Shown: positions 16,535 through 25,863 of the stretch, one piece after another
Position numbering within the stretch: the stretch's first letter is position 1
Layout of the letters: every line of letters starts with the position of its first letter
NCBI GenBank assembly: GCA_903928895.1
Contig: CAIYSR010000117.1
Span: forward strand, 1-32,000
Source: an uncultured Rhodospirillales bacterium
GTDB lineage: Bacteria > Pseudomonadota > Alphaproteobacteria > Acetobacterales > Acetobacteraceae
Direction: 5' to 3'
DNA: 32,000 nt
Position numbers and translations under genes: made by a program
The notes under the pieces: model-generated
Seen by the model: the letters and a program-made list of their open reading frames with translations, nothing else
Databases searched by the model: none
Told to the model about the DNA's origin: nothing

Positions 16535-18181
16535 TCAAACCCTCAGGAGGTGGACATCCACGATCGGCCGCTTCTGCAGGCGCTTGCCCATGACCCGGCG
16601 CAGCGCCGAGCGGGCAGCCTCGGTCAGTGCCGAATCGTCGCGCCGCGTGGCGGCGGGAAGGTCGGTCAGCGCCTCGGCCAATTCGGCGGAAATGCGAATG
16701 GTCTCCTTGTCGTCGGCGTCGAACAGCCCCGGCGCGGAAATGCGCGGCTTGCCGCGGACACGGCCGGATTCGTCCACCGCCACCGAGGCGATCACCACAC
16801 CGTTGAACAGCATCCGCCGGCGCGCGCCCATGACCGTCCCGTTGAGCGGCACCAGCCGAGCGCCGTCGGCCACCAGCTTGCCCACCGGGGCGCTGTCAAC
16901 AATCTCCGGCTTGCCGGGGGCAAGGGAGAGAATATCGCCATCCTCGAGCAGCATCGCCGGCACGCCGGCTTCCTGCGCCAGCGCGGCATGCGCAGTCAGG
17001 TGGCGCCACTCGCCATGCACGGGCACCGCGAGCTTCGGACGCACCAGCTTGTAGAGCCGACGCAACTCGTCTCGCGCCGGATGGCCGGAGACATGGATCA
17101 TGTGATCGTCGTCGGTCATCACCCGCACGCCGCGGCGCACCAGGGCGTCCTGCATGCCATGGATCGCGCGCTCGTTGCCCGGGATGATGCGCGACGAGAA
17201 GATGATGGTGTCGCCCTCCCCCAGTTCGATGCGCGGATGCTGGTCCTGCGCGATACGCGCAAGGGCCGAACGCGCCTCGCCCTGGCTGCCCGTGCAAATC
17301 AGCATCAGGTGATCATCGTCAATGTCGTTGGCCTCATCCTCGGAGAGGAACGGCGGCACCCCCTTGAGGTAGCCGCATTCGCGCGCGGCGGCATCGATGT
17401 TGCGCAAGGACCGCCCGACCAGGGCCACGCTGCGGCCGGCGGCCTTGGCGGCCAGCGCCACGGTCTCGAAGCGCGCCACATTGGAGGCGAAACAGGTGAC
17501 GGCGAGGCGGCCTCTCAGCGTCTTGATCAGCGCTGTCATGATCCGGCGGACATCCGCCTCGGAACCCGAATGGCCCTCCACCATGGCGTTGGTGCTGTCG
17601 CACACCATGGCCAGCACCCCCTCGTCGCCGAAGGCGGTGAGCGCGGCCTCGTCGCTGCGCGGGCCGACCAGCGGTTCAGGGTCGAGTTTGAAGTCGCCGG
17701 TGTGCAGCACATTGCCGTAGGGCGTGCGGATCGCCAGGGCCTGGGCCTCAGGGATCGAATGAGCGACGGCGATGAATTGCAGCTTGAAGGGCTTCAGTTC
17801 GAAGCTGCCTCCAGGCTTGATGGTATGCAGCTTGACCTGGTTGACCAGGCCGACCTCGGCAAGCTTGCGCCGCAGCACCGCGGCGGCAAAGGGCGTCGCA
17901 TAAATCGGGCAGCGCAGTTGCGGCCACAGCCATGCGACCGCCCCGACATGGTCCTCGTGAGCGTGCGTGATCACGAGCCCCACCAGTTTCTCTCGCCGCT
18001 CGGCGATGAAGATCGGGTCGGGCATCATCACGTCGACCTCGGGATGCGTCGCACCGCCGAAGCCGATTCCGCAGTCAACGGCCAAAAACTTGCCATCGCA
18101 GCGGTAGAGATTGAGGTTCATGCCGATCTCGCCAGTGCCGCCGAGCGGCAGGAAAGCGAGGTCGTTCGTGCCCGGGTTCAT
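16535..18181 (-). CDS. rnj: ribonuclease J (metallo-beta-lactamase / beta-CASP)
   Basis: 548 aa. Motifs: LGGTGEIGMNL, VITHAHEDHVGA, HTGDFK, and beta-CASP motifs (CDSTN, HVSGH). Confidence 0.92.
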   Translation of the reverse strand: MNPGTNDLAFLPLGGTGEIGMNLNLYRCDGKFLAVDCGIGFGGATHPEVDVMMPDPIFIAERREKLVGLVITHAHEDHVGAVAWLWPQLRCPIYATPFAAAVLRRKLAEVGLVNQVKLHTIKPGGSFELKPFKLQFIAVAHSIPEAQALAIRTPYGNVLHTGDFKLDPEPLVGPRSDEAALTAFGDEGVLAMVCDSTNAMVEGHSGSEADVRRIMTALIKTLRGRLAVTCFASNVARFETVALAAKAAGRSVALVGRSLRNIDAAARECGYLKGVPPFLSEDEANDIDDDHLMLICTGSQGEARSALARIAQDQHPRIELGEGDTIIFSSRIIPGNERAIHGMQDALVRRGVRVMTDDDHMIHVSGHPARDELRRLYKLVRPKLAVPVHGEWRHLTAHAALAQEAGVPAMLLEDGDILSLAPGKPEIVDSAPVGKLVADGARLVPLNGTVMGARRRMLFNGVVIASVAVDESGRVRGKPRISAPGLFDADDKETIRISAELAEALTDLPAATRRDDSALTEAARSALRRVMGKRLQKRPIVDVHLLRV

Positions 18182-18203
18182 CAGGGCGCCGCCATATATG
18201 GGA

Positions 18204-19013
18204 TCATTCCCCTTCGATAGGCCGCACGCGCTCGCGGGGCAAGGTGGGACGGGGGTTGCGGGCAGCTAGCATGCGCAATCCGTCGAGCGTGAGGTCGGCG
18301 TCGATGTGGTCGATCACCAACGTGCCCTCGGCCACCAGCGATGCTAGGCCCCCGGTGGCGAGCACTTTCATCGGATGGCCATACTCGGAGCGGACCCGGG
18401 CGACCAGCCCCTCGATCATCGCCACATAGCCCCAATAAATGCCGGACTGCATCGCCGAGACCGTGTTGCGACCAATCACGGATTGCGGGCGGCCGATGCC
18501 GATGCGCGGCAGGCGCGCGGCAGCGCGGTGCAGCGCCTCGATGGAGAGGTTGATGCCGGGCGCGATGATGCCGCCGAGATAGGCGCCGGTGTCGTCGGCG
18601 ATATCGAAGGTGGTGGCGGTGCCAAAATCGATGACCACCAGCGGGCCGCCATAGGTCTGGTGGCCGGCCAGGGTGTTCAGCAACCGATCTGCGCCCACCT
18701 CCTCAGGATTGTCTACCTTGATCTCGAAGCCCCAATCGAGCGTGGCCCGGGCGACAAGCGGCTCGACGTCGAACCAGTCGCGGCAAAGCCGACGCAAATG
18801 GTAGAGTGCGGCCGGGACCACGGTGCCGATCACTGCGGCCTCGACCTGCTCGCGCCTCAGGCCCGTCAGTTGCAGCAGCGAGAGCAGCCACACCGCATAT
18901 TCGTCGCTGGTGCGCTGCGGATCGGTCGCGATGCGCCAGGTGCCGCGCCACTCGCGGCCGTCATGAATGGCGAAGACGATATTGGTGTTGCCGGCGTCGA
19001 CGACGAGAAGCAT
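18204..19013 (-). CDS. coaX: type III pantothenate kinase
   Basis: 269 aa. Motifs: [36 protein letters not shown]. Confidence 0.92.
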   Translation of the reverse strand: MLLVVDAGNTNIVFAIHDGREWRGTWRIATDPQRTSDEYAVWLLSLLQLTGLRREQVEAAVIGTVVPAALYHLRRLCRDWFDVEPLVARATLDWGFEIKVDNPEEVGADRLLNTLAGHQTYGGPLVVIDFGTATTFDIADDTGAYLGGIIAPGINLSIEALHRAAARLPRIGIGRPQSVIGRNTVSAMQSGIYWGYVAMIEGLVARVRSEYGHPMKVLATGGLASLVAEGTLVIDHIDADLTLDGLRMLAARNPRPTLPRERVRPIEGE

Positions 19014-19506
19014 CGGAGGGGCTCCGGGAAGGCGGGAAGAAAGGGCTTCCTTTTTGGAAAAAAGGTAACTGCCCAGCTAGGTGCTGCCTCGGCAATTGAC
19101 GGACCACGGGCAGGCGTAAGTCAAGGTGTGTGGCAGCGCGCGCACCTCCTGGCGCGTCGGATATCCCGGCCGATGACACCTTCTATCAGGCGATCTGTCA
19201 GGCGATTTTGCGCGCCGCCGCCGGCCAACCCGGCACGCGGTAGCGACCTCCCGACGTGTTGGACGGGTCAACGATTCGGACGGTTGGGATCACGACGCGA
19301 CTGTGGCCGACGGTCTCCTGTTTCACACCGGCCTACCCGCGTTGCAGCAGGCCGATGTCCAAGTCCGCCGTCGCGGCCGCGTGCCGCGCCGGGTCGGTCG
19401 CAACCGCCCGCTCGTCCGAGCACACGCCAGTCGGACGTGCCGCGCTTCCTGCTGTGGAAAAAGCCCGAAAGGTTCTGTCCTTCCTCCGAAAATGGATCGG
19501 CACGCC

Positions 19507-21372
19507 CTATTCGCCGGAGAGTTCCCGCCGCCGCCTTTCCAGTTCCTCGCTGTAGCGGCGCAGCGCGTACTGCTCGGTGAGGATGCCAATCACGCGGCGG
19601 CTTTCGCGGCTGTCCACGACCGCCAGCGCGTCGGCTTCCGCGGTCTCGAACAGTTCCACCGCGTCCTTGATCGTCATCTGCGGCACCAGCATGTCGGCCG
19701 GATTGTGCAGCAGCGTGACCAGCGACGTCGCCCGGGTTTCGGCCGCATGCGCCTCCGGCACCTGGATGATCCCGGCATAACACCCGGCCTCGTCCACCGC
19801 GACCACCCGGTTGGTCGCCCCCAGCGCGATATCGCGCCGGAACGCCGCCACCGTGATGTCGGACCGCACCGTGCGTATCTCGCGCCGCATCATCCGCGCC
19901 ACCGTCAGGTTGCGCATCCAGCCGATATCGACCGCGCTGCGGATCGCCTCGCCGCGCAGATGGAACCGCCATGTGGCGAAGGAGTAGCCGAACGTCCGCC
20001 GCACCGTCACCGCCGAAATCACCGAAGCCGCGATCACCGCCACCGTCAGTGGAAAACTGCCGGTCGATTCGAGCGCCAGGAACGTCATCGTCAGCGGCCC
20101 GCCGACGATCGCCACCGCCAGCGCGCTCATGCCCACCAGGGCACACACCACCGCCGGGATCGCCTGCGTCGCCGCCACGGCGGCGAAGGCCGACGCGAAC
20201 AGCTTGCCCATCAGCGCGCCCAGGAACAGCGAGGCGAAGAACAGCCCGCCGCGGAACCCGGAGCCCAGCGACACCGCCGAGGCCACCGATTTCAGCACGA
20301 CCAGCAGCAGCAACTGGTTCATCCCGTAGGGCGCATCGAGCCCGACATGCAGCGCCGCATGCCCGGACGACAGCACCTGCGGCGAAATCAGTGCCAGCAG
20401 CGCCACGATCAGCCCGCCGATCACCGGCCGCGCCCAGACCGGCATCCGGCTGCGGCGGAACAGCGTCTCGGTCAGCGTCACCCCGCGCATGATCAGGATG
20501 CCCGTCAGCGCGCACAGCACGCCCAGCACCAGGATCGGCAGATAGCTCACCGGCTCGATCGCCGAGGGCACCCGCAAATTATAGACGAACTCCCCCGGCA
20601 TCAGCAGTCGCGCCACCGACACCGCGCAGATCGCCGCCATGCCGACCGGCGCAAGATAGGCCACCGCATAGGTACCGATCACCAGCTCGAACGCATAGAA
20701 CGCGCCGCACAACGGCGCATTGAATGCCGCCGCAATCGCCCCGGCCGCGCCGCATCCCACCAGCAGCCGCAAATCGTTGCGCCTGAGCCGGAACATCCGC
20801 CCGAGCCGGCTCGCCAGCGCCGAACCGATCTGGGTATAGCCCGCCTCCAGCCCGACCGAGGCGCCCAACCCATTGGACAGCATCGTCTGCCCCACCACGA
20901 TGAGGCTGTCGTTGAGCGACATCCGCCCACCATAGAGCGCATTGGCCTCGATCGGATCGACCGCCCGGCGCGGCCACCAGCGTGCCACCGCCACCGTGAA
21001 CAGCCCGACCGCGAGCCCGCCCAGGGTCAGCGCCAACAGGGTGTTCAGCGGCGGCACCTCGACCTGGTCGCTCAGCCGCTGGGCCGGTCCGAGCCGGTAG
21101 ATCAGCCGATGCATCCATTGCGTGATCTCGCTCATCGCCGTCACACATAGCCCGGCCGTGATCCCCACCACCGCGGCCAGCGCCACCAGCCAGAGCTCGT
21201 CGGTGCGCACCAGCGCCCGCAGCGTTTGCGGCACATGCAGCACCATCTCGCCGAACGCCCGGCGCGTGCGCCCCTCCCGCCGATGGCTCTCGCGGTGATG
21301 GGCACGGCTCCCCGTGCCGGCCTTGTCGCCGGCTTGGGTCGCGGGGAAGCCGAAGAGCGAGAAACTGCCCAT
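19507..21372 (-). CDS. ClC-family chloride channel / H+-Cl- exchanger with C-terminal CBS pair
   Basis: 621 aa. Motifs: GLGASVGLEAGYTQIG, GAAGAIAAAFNAPLCGAFYAFE, GSGFRGGLFFASLFLGA. The C-terminal CBS-like region reads VVAVDEAG...VIGILTE. ATG 21372 is used; Met43 is an alternative start. Confidence 0.9.
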   Translation of the reverse strand: MGSFSLFGFPATQAGDKAGTGSRAHHRESHRREGRTRRAFGEMVLHVPQTLRALVRTDELWLVALAAVVGITAGLCVTAMSEITQWMHRLIYRLGPAQRLSDQVEVPPLNTLLALTLGGLAVGLFTVAVARWWPRRAVDPIEANALYGGRMSLNDSLIVVGQTMLSNGLGASVGLEAGYTQIGSALASRLGRMFRLRRNDLRLLVGCGAAGAIAAAFNAPLCGAFYAFELVIGTYAVAYLAPVGMAAICAVSVARLLMPGEFVYNLRVPSAIEPVSYLPILVLGVLCALTGILIMRGVTLTETLFRRSRMPVWARPVIGGLIVALLALISPQVLSSGHAALHVGLDAPYGMNQLLLLVVLKSVASAVSLGSGFRGGLFFASLFLGALMGKLFASAFAAVAATQAIPAVVCALVGMSALAVAIVGGPLTMTFLALESTGSFPLTVAVIAASVISAVTVRRTFGYSFATWRFHLRGEAIRSAVDIGWMRNLTVARMMRREIRTVRSDITVAAFRRDIALGATNRVVAVDEAGCYAGIIQVPEAHAAETRATSLVTLLHNPADMLVPQMTIKDAVELFETAEADALAVVDSRESRRVIGILTEQYALRRYSEELERRRRELSGE

Positions 21373-21543
21373 TTCGCCCGATGAAAAGACGCGTTGCGAA
21401 TACGCGTTCGACGGCGCCGTCGAAAAACGGCACCGCCCAGCTTCGACCAGAATGCCGCGGCAACATTAAGGCAAGCTTGACGCGCCGCTCCCTTGTGGGC
21501 TCACGCGCCGCGCCCGGTCAACCGCCGCATGCGAGCCATGCGC

Positions 21544-23004
21544 TCAAACTTCGAAAATTTTCCCCGGGTTCATCAGGTTCTGCGGATCGAGCGCCCGCTT
21601 GATCGCCCGCATCGTCGCCATCTTCACCGGATCGGCGTAATGCGCGAGTTCGCCGACCTTCTCGCTGCCGATGCCATGCTCGGCCGATATCGAACCGCCG
21701 TAGTCGCGCAGCAGATCATTCACCGCCCGCGTCACCGCCGGCTTGTACTGCCGCCACTGCTCCGCCGACATCCCGATCGGCGCCTTGAAATTGAAGTGCA
21801 GATTGCCATCGCCCATATGCCCCATCGGCCCCGGGCGCACATCCGCCAGCACCGCCCGCACCGCCCTGGAGGCATCCTCGATGAAGGCCGGAATCCGCGA
21901 CGACGCGACCGAGATATCGTAGCTCGCCCCCGGCCCGTCGTGCCGCCCCGCCTCGGCATGGCTCTCCCGGATGTGCCACATCGCCTTGGCCTGGCCCTCG
22001 CTCTGCGCGATCACCGCATCCAGCACCAGCCCGCGCTCCATCGCAGCGCCAAGGAATTCCTCCATCCGCCCCGCCATCACCCCCGCCTTGGGCAGCGCCG
22101 AGGACCATTCCATCAGCAAAAAATAAGGCGACTCCCCCGCCGGCAGCGGGTCCACACAGCCCGGCACATGGCGGAACACCCCGTCCAGATTGGTCCGGTT
22201 CATCAACTCGCACGACGTCACCGAATTCTCGCTCGCCGTATGCGCCTCCGACAGCAGCTCCACCGCCGCCTGCGGATCGCGAATGCAAATCCACGCCGTC
22301 GCCACATCCTTCGGCTTCGGCCACACCTTGATCACCGCCTTGGTGATGATCCCCAGCGTCCCCTCCGCGCCAATGAACAAATGCTTCAGATCATACCCGG
22401 TGTTGTCCTTCTTCAGCGCCTTCAGCCCGTCCCACACCTCGCCCGACGGCAGCACCACCTCCAGCCCCAGCACGAACCCGCGCGTGTTGCCGTAATGCAG
22501 CACCTGCGCGCCCCCCGCATTGGTCGAAAGATTCCCCCCGATCGTGCACGAGCCCTGCGCCCCCAGGCTCAACGGCAACAGCCGATCATGGTGCGCCGCC
22601 AGCTCCTGCAACGTCTGCAACACGCAGCCGCTCTCCACCGTCATCGTATAACCGAGCGGATCGACCTCGATCACCCGGTTCATCCGCCCCATCGAGACCA
22701 CGATCCCGGCATGGTGCGCATACGGCGTCGCCCCCCCCATCAGCCCGGTGTTGCCCCCCTGCGGCACGATCGCCACCCCCGCCGCCGCGCACAACCGCAC
22801 CAGCCCCGCCACCTCCTCCGTCGAGCTCGGCCGCGCCACCGCCACCGCACTCCCGGTCAACTGCCCCCGCCAATCCGTCAGGAACGGCCGCATGTCCTCC
22901 ACCCCGGTCAACAACCCCTTCTCCCCCAGCAGCGCCCGCAAGGCGGCGATCAACTCGGGACCGGCCGGCGTGGTCGGAATCTGCGGCGTGGCGACGACGT
23001 TCAT
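21544..23004 (-). CDS. FAD-binding oxidoreductase (FAD-linked oxidase; GlcD / D-2-hydroxyacid dehydrogenase-like)
   Basis: The start is set at ATG 23004 (MNVVATPQ...). Motifs: VVPQGGNTGLMGGATP-like (IVPQGGNTGLMGGATP), TMTVESGCVL, KDNTGYDLKHLFIGAEGTLGIIT, ISAEHGIG. Confidence 0.9.
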   Translation of the reverse strand: MNVVATPQIPTTPAGPELIAALRALLGEKGLLTGVEDMRPFLTDWRGQLTGSAVAVARPSSTEEVAGLVRLCAAAGVAIVPQGGNTGLMGGATPYAHHAGIVVSMGRMNRVIEVDPLGYTMTVESGCVLQTLQELAAHHDRLLPLSLGAQGSCTIGGNLSTNAGGAQVLHYGNTRGFVLGLEVVLPSGEVWDGLKALKKDNTGYDLKHLFIGAEGTLGIITKAVIKVWPKPKDVATAWICIRDPQAAVELLSEAHTASENSVTSCELMNRTNLDGVFRHVPGCVDPLPAGESPYFLLMEWSSALPKAGVMAGRMEEFLGAAMERGLVLDAVIAQSEGQAKAMWHIRESHAEAGRHDGPGASYDISVASSRIPAFIEDASRAVRAVLADVRPGPMGHMGDGNLHFNFKAPIGMSAEQWRQYKPAVTRAVNDLLRDYGGSISAEHGIGSEKVGELAHYADPVKMATMRAIKRALDPQNLMNPGKIFEV

Positions 23005-23166
23005 GGGCTTCCTGCGCTGGTTCGTTTCCTTGCCTGCAATCCTGCCGTCACTTACCTGCGCTGTCACCCCTCTTCGCCTCTTCACGGCGGTTGCCGAACC
23101 CGTCATCCTGACAGAATATAGAATCCCGGCGTGACAACCGGGCCAACTCAGGGGATGAACGGTTCA

Positions 23167-24264
23167 ATGGCGCAGGTATCGATCCGCAAGGTCGTCAAGG
23201 AATACGAAGGCAACGTCCAGGCGGTGAAGGGCATCGACCTTGAAATCGCCGACCAGGAATTCGTCGTCCTCGTCGGCCCCTCCGGCTGCGGCAAATCCAC
23301 CACCCTGCGCATGATCGCCGGCCTCGAGGAAATCTCCGGCGGCGAAATCGCCATCGGCGGCAACGTCGTCAACGACGTCCCCCCCCGCGACCGCGACATC
23401 GCCATGGTCTTCCAGAACTACGCCCTCTACCCCCACATGTCCGTCTTCGACAACATGGCCTTCGGTCTCAAGCTGCGCAAATTCCCCAAGGACGAAATCA
23501 AGCGCCGTGTCGACGAAGCCGCCCGCATCCTCGACATCGCCATGCTCCTCGAACGCAAACCCAAAGCCCTCTCCGGCGGCCAGCGCCAGCGCGTCGCCAT
23601 GGGCCGCGCCATCGTGCGCAACCCCAAGGTCTTCCTCTTCGACGAACCCCTCTCCAACCTCGATGCCAAGCTCCGCGTGCAAATGCGCACCGAAATCAAG
23701 AAGGTCCACCAGACCGTCAAAACCACCACCGTCTACGTCACCCACGACCAGGTCGAAGCCATGACGCTGGCCGACCGCGTCGTCGTCATGAACCACGGCG
23801 TCATCGAACAGGTCGGCCCGCCGCAGGAACTCTACCACCACCCCGCCACCCGCTTCGTCGCCGGCTTCATCGGCTCCCCCGCCATGAACTTCATCACCGT
23901 CAAAATCGGCTCGGACAACGGCATCTACGTCGAACTCGCCGACGGCACCCGCCTCGCCGCCAACCCCGCCCGCGCCGAGCGCTACAAAGAGCACGTCGGC
24001 AAAACCATGACGCTGGGCATCCGCCCCGAACACCTCACCGAAACCAAACCCAACGAAAAACCCGGCACCGCCTACTTCGACTGCACCGTTGACGTCACCG
24101 AACCCATGGGCATGGAAACCATGGTCCACTTCTTCATCAAAGGCGAACCCGTCTGCGCCCGCGTCGACCCCCTCACCATCGCCAACCCCGGCCAAACCCT
24201 CCGCCTCGCCGCCGACATGTCCAACATGCACCTCATCGACAACGACACGAACAAGGTCGTCTGA
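23167..24264 (+). CDS. ABC transporter ATP-binding protein (MalK/UgpC-like sugar-import ATPase)
   Basis: ATG 23167 (MAQVSIRKV...). It has Walker A GPSGCGKST, a Q-loop, the signature LSGGQRQRVAMGRA, Walker B FLFDEPLSNLD, an H-loop VTHD and a C-terminal TOBE-like domain. No permease or binding-protein gene is adjacent. Confidence 0.92.
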   Translation: MAQVSIRKVVKEYEGNVQAVKGIDLEIADQEFVVLVGPSGCGKSTTLRMIAGLEEISGGEIAIGGNVVNDVPPRDRDIAMVFQNYALYPHMSVFDNMAFGLKLRKFPKDEIKRRVDEAARILDIAMLLERKPKALSGGQRQRVAMGRAIVRNPKVFLFDEPLSNLDAKLRVQMRTEIKKVHQTVKTTTVYVTHDQVEAMTLADRVVVMNHGVIEQVGPPQELYHHPATRFVAGFIGSPAMNFITVKIGSDNGIYVELADGTRLAANPARAERYKEHVGKTMTLGIRPEHLTETKPNEKPGTAYFDCTVDVTEPMGMETMVHFFIKGEPVCARVDPLTIANPGQTLRLAADMSNMHLIDNDTNKVV

Positions 24265-24273
24265 ACCACTTCC

Positions 24274-24311
24274 CCCTCTCCCCTCCGGGGAGAGGGCCGG
24301 GGTGAGGGGGG
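24274..24311 (+). repeat. REP-like GC hairpin overlapping a G-quadruplex-type motif
   Basis: CCCTCTCCCC-tcc-GGGGAGAGGG forms a perfect 10-bp stem (24274-24296). GGGGAGAGGGCCGGGGTGAGGGGGG (24287-24311) gives four G-runs with loops of 2-3 nt. It lies just after the ABC gene stop and may act as a terminator. Confidence 0.55.
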
Positions 24312-24475
24312 AACACCGCCCTCTCCACACCCCCTAAAGAACAACAAGCGGGCTCTGCCCAAAACCCGCTGGGGCCTCAGACGCGTAGCCCAGCGAAGCG
24401 GCGACGAAAGCGACAGCGGTGCCCTTGCACCGCGAAAGCGCTCCATCCACCCCATCCATAAGAGTCCCCCCCCCC

Positions 24476-25597
24476 ATGGCCGCCGACGACATCCTCATCC
24501 CCGCCACCACCCTCACCTCCTTCGTCGCCGCCATCTTCCGCGCCGCCGCCTGCTCCCCCGAAGAGGCTGGCCGCATCGCCCACCACCTCGTCTCCGCCAA
24601 CCTCACCGGCCACGACTCCCACGGCGTCATCCGAACCCCCCGCTACATCGACTACGTCACCACCGGCCTCGTCCACCGCGACGTCAAAATCGACATCACC
24701 GCCGAATCCCCCACCCACGCCGTCGTCGACGGCCACTACGGCTTCGGCCAAACCATCGGCCCCCAAGCCGTCGACCTCGGCATCGCCAAAGCCAAATCCG
24801 CCGGCATGGCCATCATCGCCCTCCGCAAATCCGGCCACATCGGCCGCATCGGTGACTGGGGCGAACGCGCCGCCGACGCCGGCCTGGTCTCCATCCACTT
24901 CGTCAACGTCGAAAACGGCGAACTCGTCGCCCCCTTCGGCGGCACCGACCGCCGCTTCTCCACCAACCCCTTCTGCATCTGCATCCCCGGCGCCCCCAGC
25001 GCCGCAGGCGCGTCTGAAACAGCGCGCGAACCCCACCTCCTCCTCGACTTCGCCACCTCCCTCGTCGCCGAAGGCAAAGTCCTCGTCGCCTCCCGCGGCG
25101 GCAAACCCCTCCCCGAAGGCGCCCTCATCACCGAATCCGGCACCCTCTCCACCAACCCCGAAACCCTCTACGGCCCCCTCACCGACACCAGCCCCCGCGA
25201 CCCCAAAAACGGCACCGGCGCCATCCGAGCCTTCGGCGACCACAAAGGCAGCGCGCTGGCCTTCATGTGCGACATCCTCGGCGGCATCCTCACCGGCGGC
25301 GGCCCCTCCGGCCCCGTCCCCGGCGGCAAACGCGGCCAAATCAGCAACGGCATGCTCTCCATCTACCTCGACCCCACCCACTTCGGCGCCCAGAACTTCG
25401 TCGCCCAGGCAAAGGACTTCGCCGACTACGTAAAATCCAGCCGCCCCGCCACCAACACCCCCGAAGTCCTCGCCCCCGGCGAACCCGAACACCGCACCCG
25501 CCAATCCCGCCTCCAAAACGGCATCCCCCTCCAACCCGACACCTGGACCAGCCTCCTCACCGTCGCCCAATCTCTCAACGTCCCCATCCCCAACTAG
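24476..25597 (+). CDS. Ldh_2 family (malate/L-lactate/ureidoglycolate-type) NAD(P)H-dependent dehydrogenase
   Basis: ATG 24476 (MAADDILIP...). Motifs: SANLTGHDSHGV, GHYGFGQ, LRKSGHIGR, FGG...RFSTNPF, AEGKV, FGDHKGSALA. The track start at 24419 adds an unlikely Pro-rich leader. Confidence 0.9.
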   Translation: MAADDILIPATTLTSFVAAIFRAAACSPEEAGRIAHHLVSANLTGHDSHGVIRTPRYIDYVTTGLVHRDVKIDITAESPTHAVVDGHYGFGQTIGPQAVDLGIAKAKSAGMAIIALRKSGHIGRIGDWGERAADAGLVSIHFVNVENGELVAPFGGTDRRFSTNPFCICIPGAPSAAGASETAREPHLLLDFATSLVAEGKVLVASRGGKPLPEGALITESGTLSTNPETLYGPLTDTSPRDPKNGTGAIRAFGDHKGSALAFMCDILGGILTGGGPSGPVPGGKRGQISNGMLSIYLDPTHFGAQNFVAQAKDFADYVKSSRPATNTPEVLAPGEPEHRTRQSRLQNGIPLQPDTWTSLLTVAQSLNVPIPN

Positions 25598-25863
25598 GGA
25601 AGCAAGAAAGGCTGGGCGCTGCCCAGACCCGCCAGGGGCCAAGCCCCTGGACCTTCCAACCACTCCATAAAATAGGATGGGTAAACAAAGCGCGACGAGG
25701 CAAATTCCGACGAATGGTGAATCATATCCCCCCATCTGAAGGACAAAATGTCGCTGATTTCTGCGCTATCCTTTGAGTTTTGGTAAGCGTCGACGTCGTC
25801 AGCCTTTCCCGAGTAGCCTGATCGTTCTAAGGTTGATCTCGCAACCAAACGGGGCCGATAGAA

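Noticed and set aside
21373-21543. Possible fluoride riboswitch or other leader upstream of the ClC gene
   Set aside because: I could find no crcB-motif-like conserved core. The channel is a long CBS-domain ClC rather than the short CLC-F type usually paired with that riboswitch. Only generic GC palindromes are present (GACGGCGCCGTC, ACGCGT pairs).
23164-25735. Very long antisense ORFs (23164..24330, 388 aa; 24377..25735, 452 aa) opposite the ABC ATPase and Ldh_2 genes
   Set aside because: They are codon-register complements of NNC-rich sense codons. They therefore consist almost only of GNN codons (Gly/Ala/Val/Asp/Glu) and cannot contain stops. The sense frames carry unmistakable Walker A/B and Ldh_2 motifs. 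These ORFs are a compositional artefact, not overlapping genes.
25594-25848. 84-aa minus-strand ORF at the left border of the low-GC insert
   Set aside because: It has a TTG start and no RBS. It overlaps two terminator-like hairpins and the Ldh_2 stop. The sequence shows no family features.
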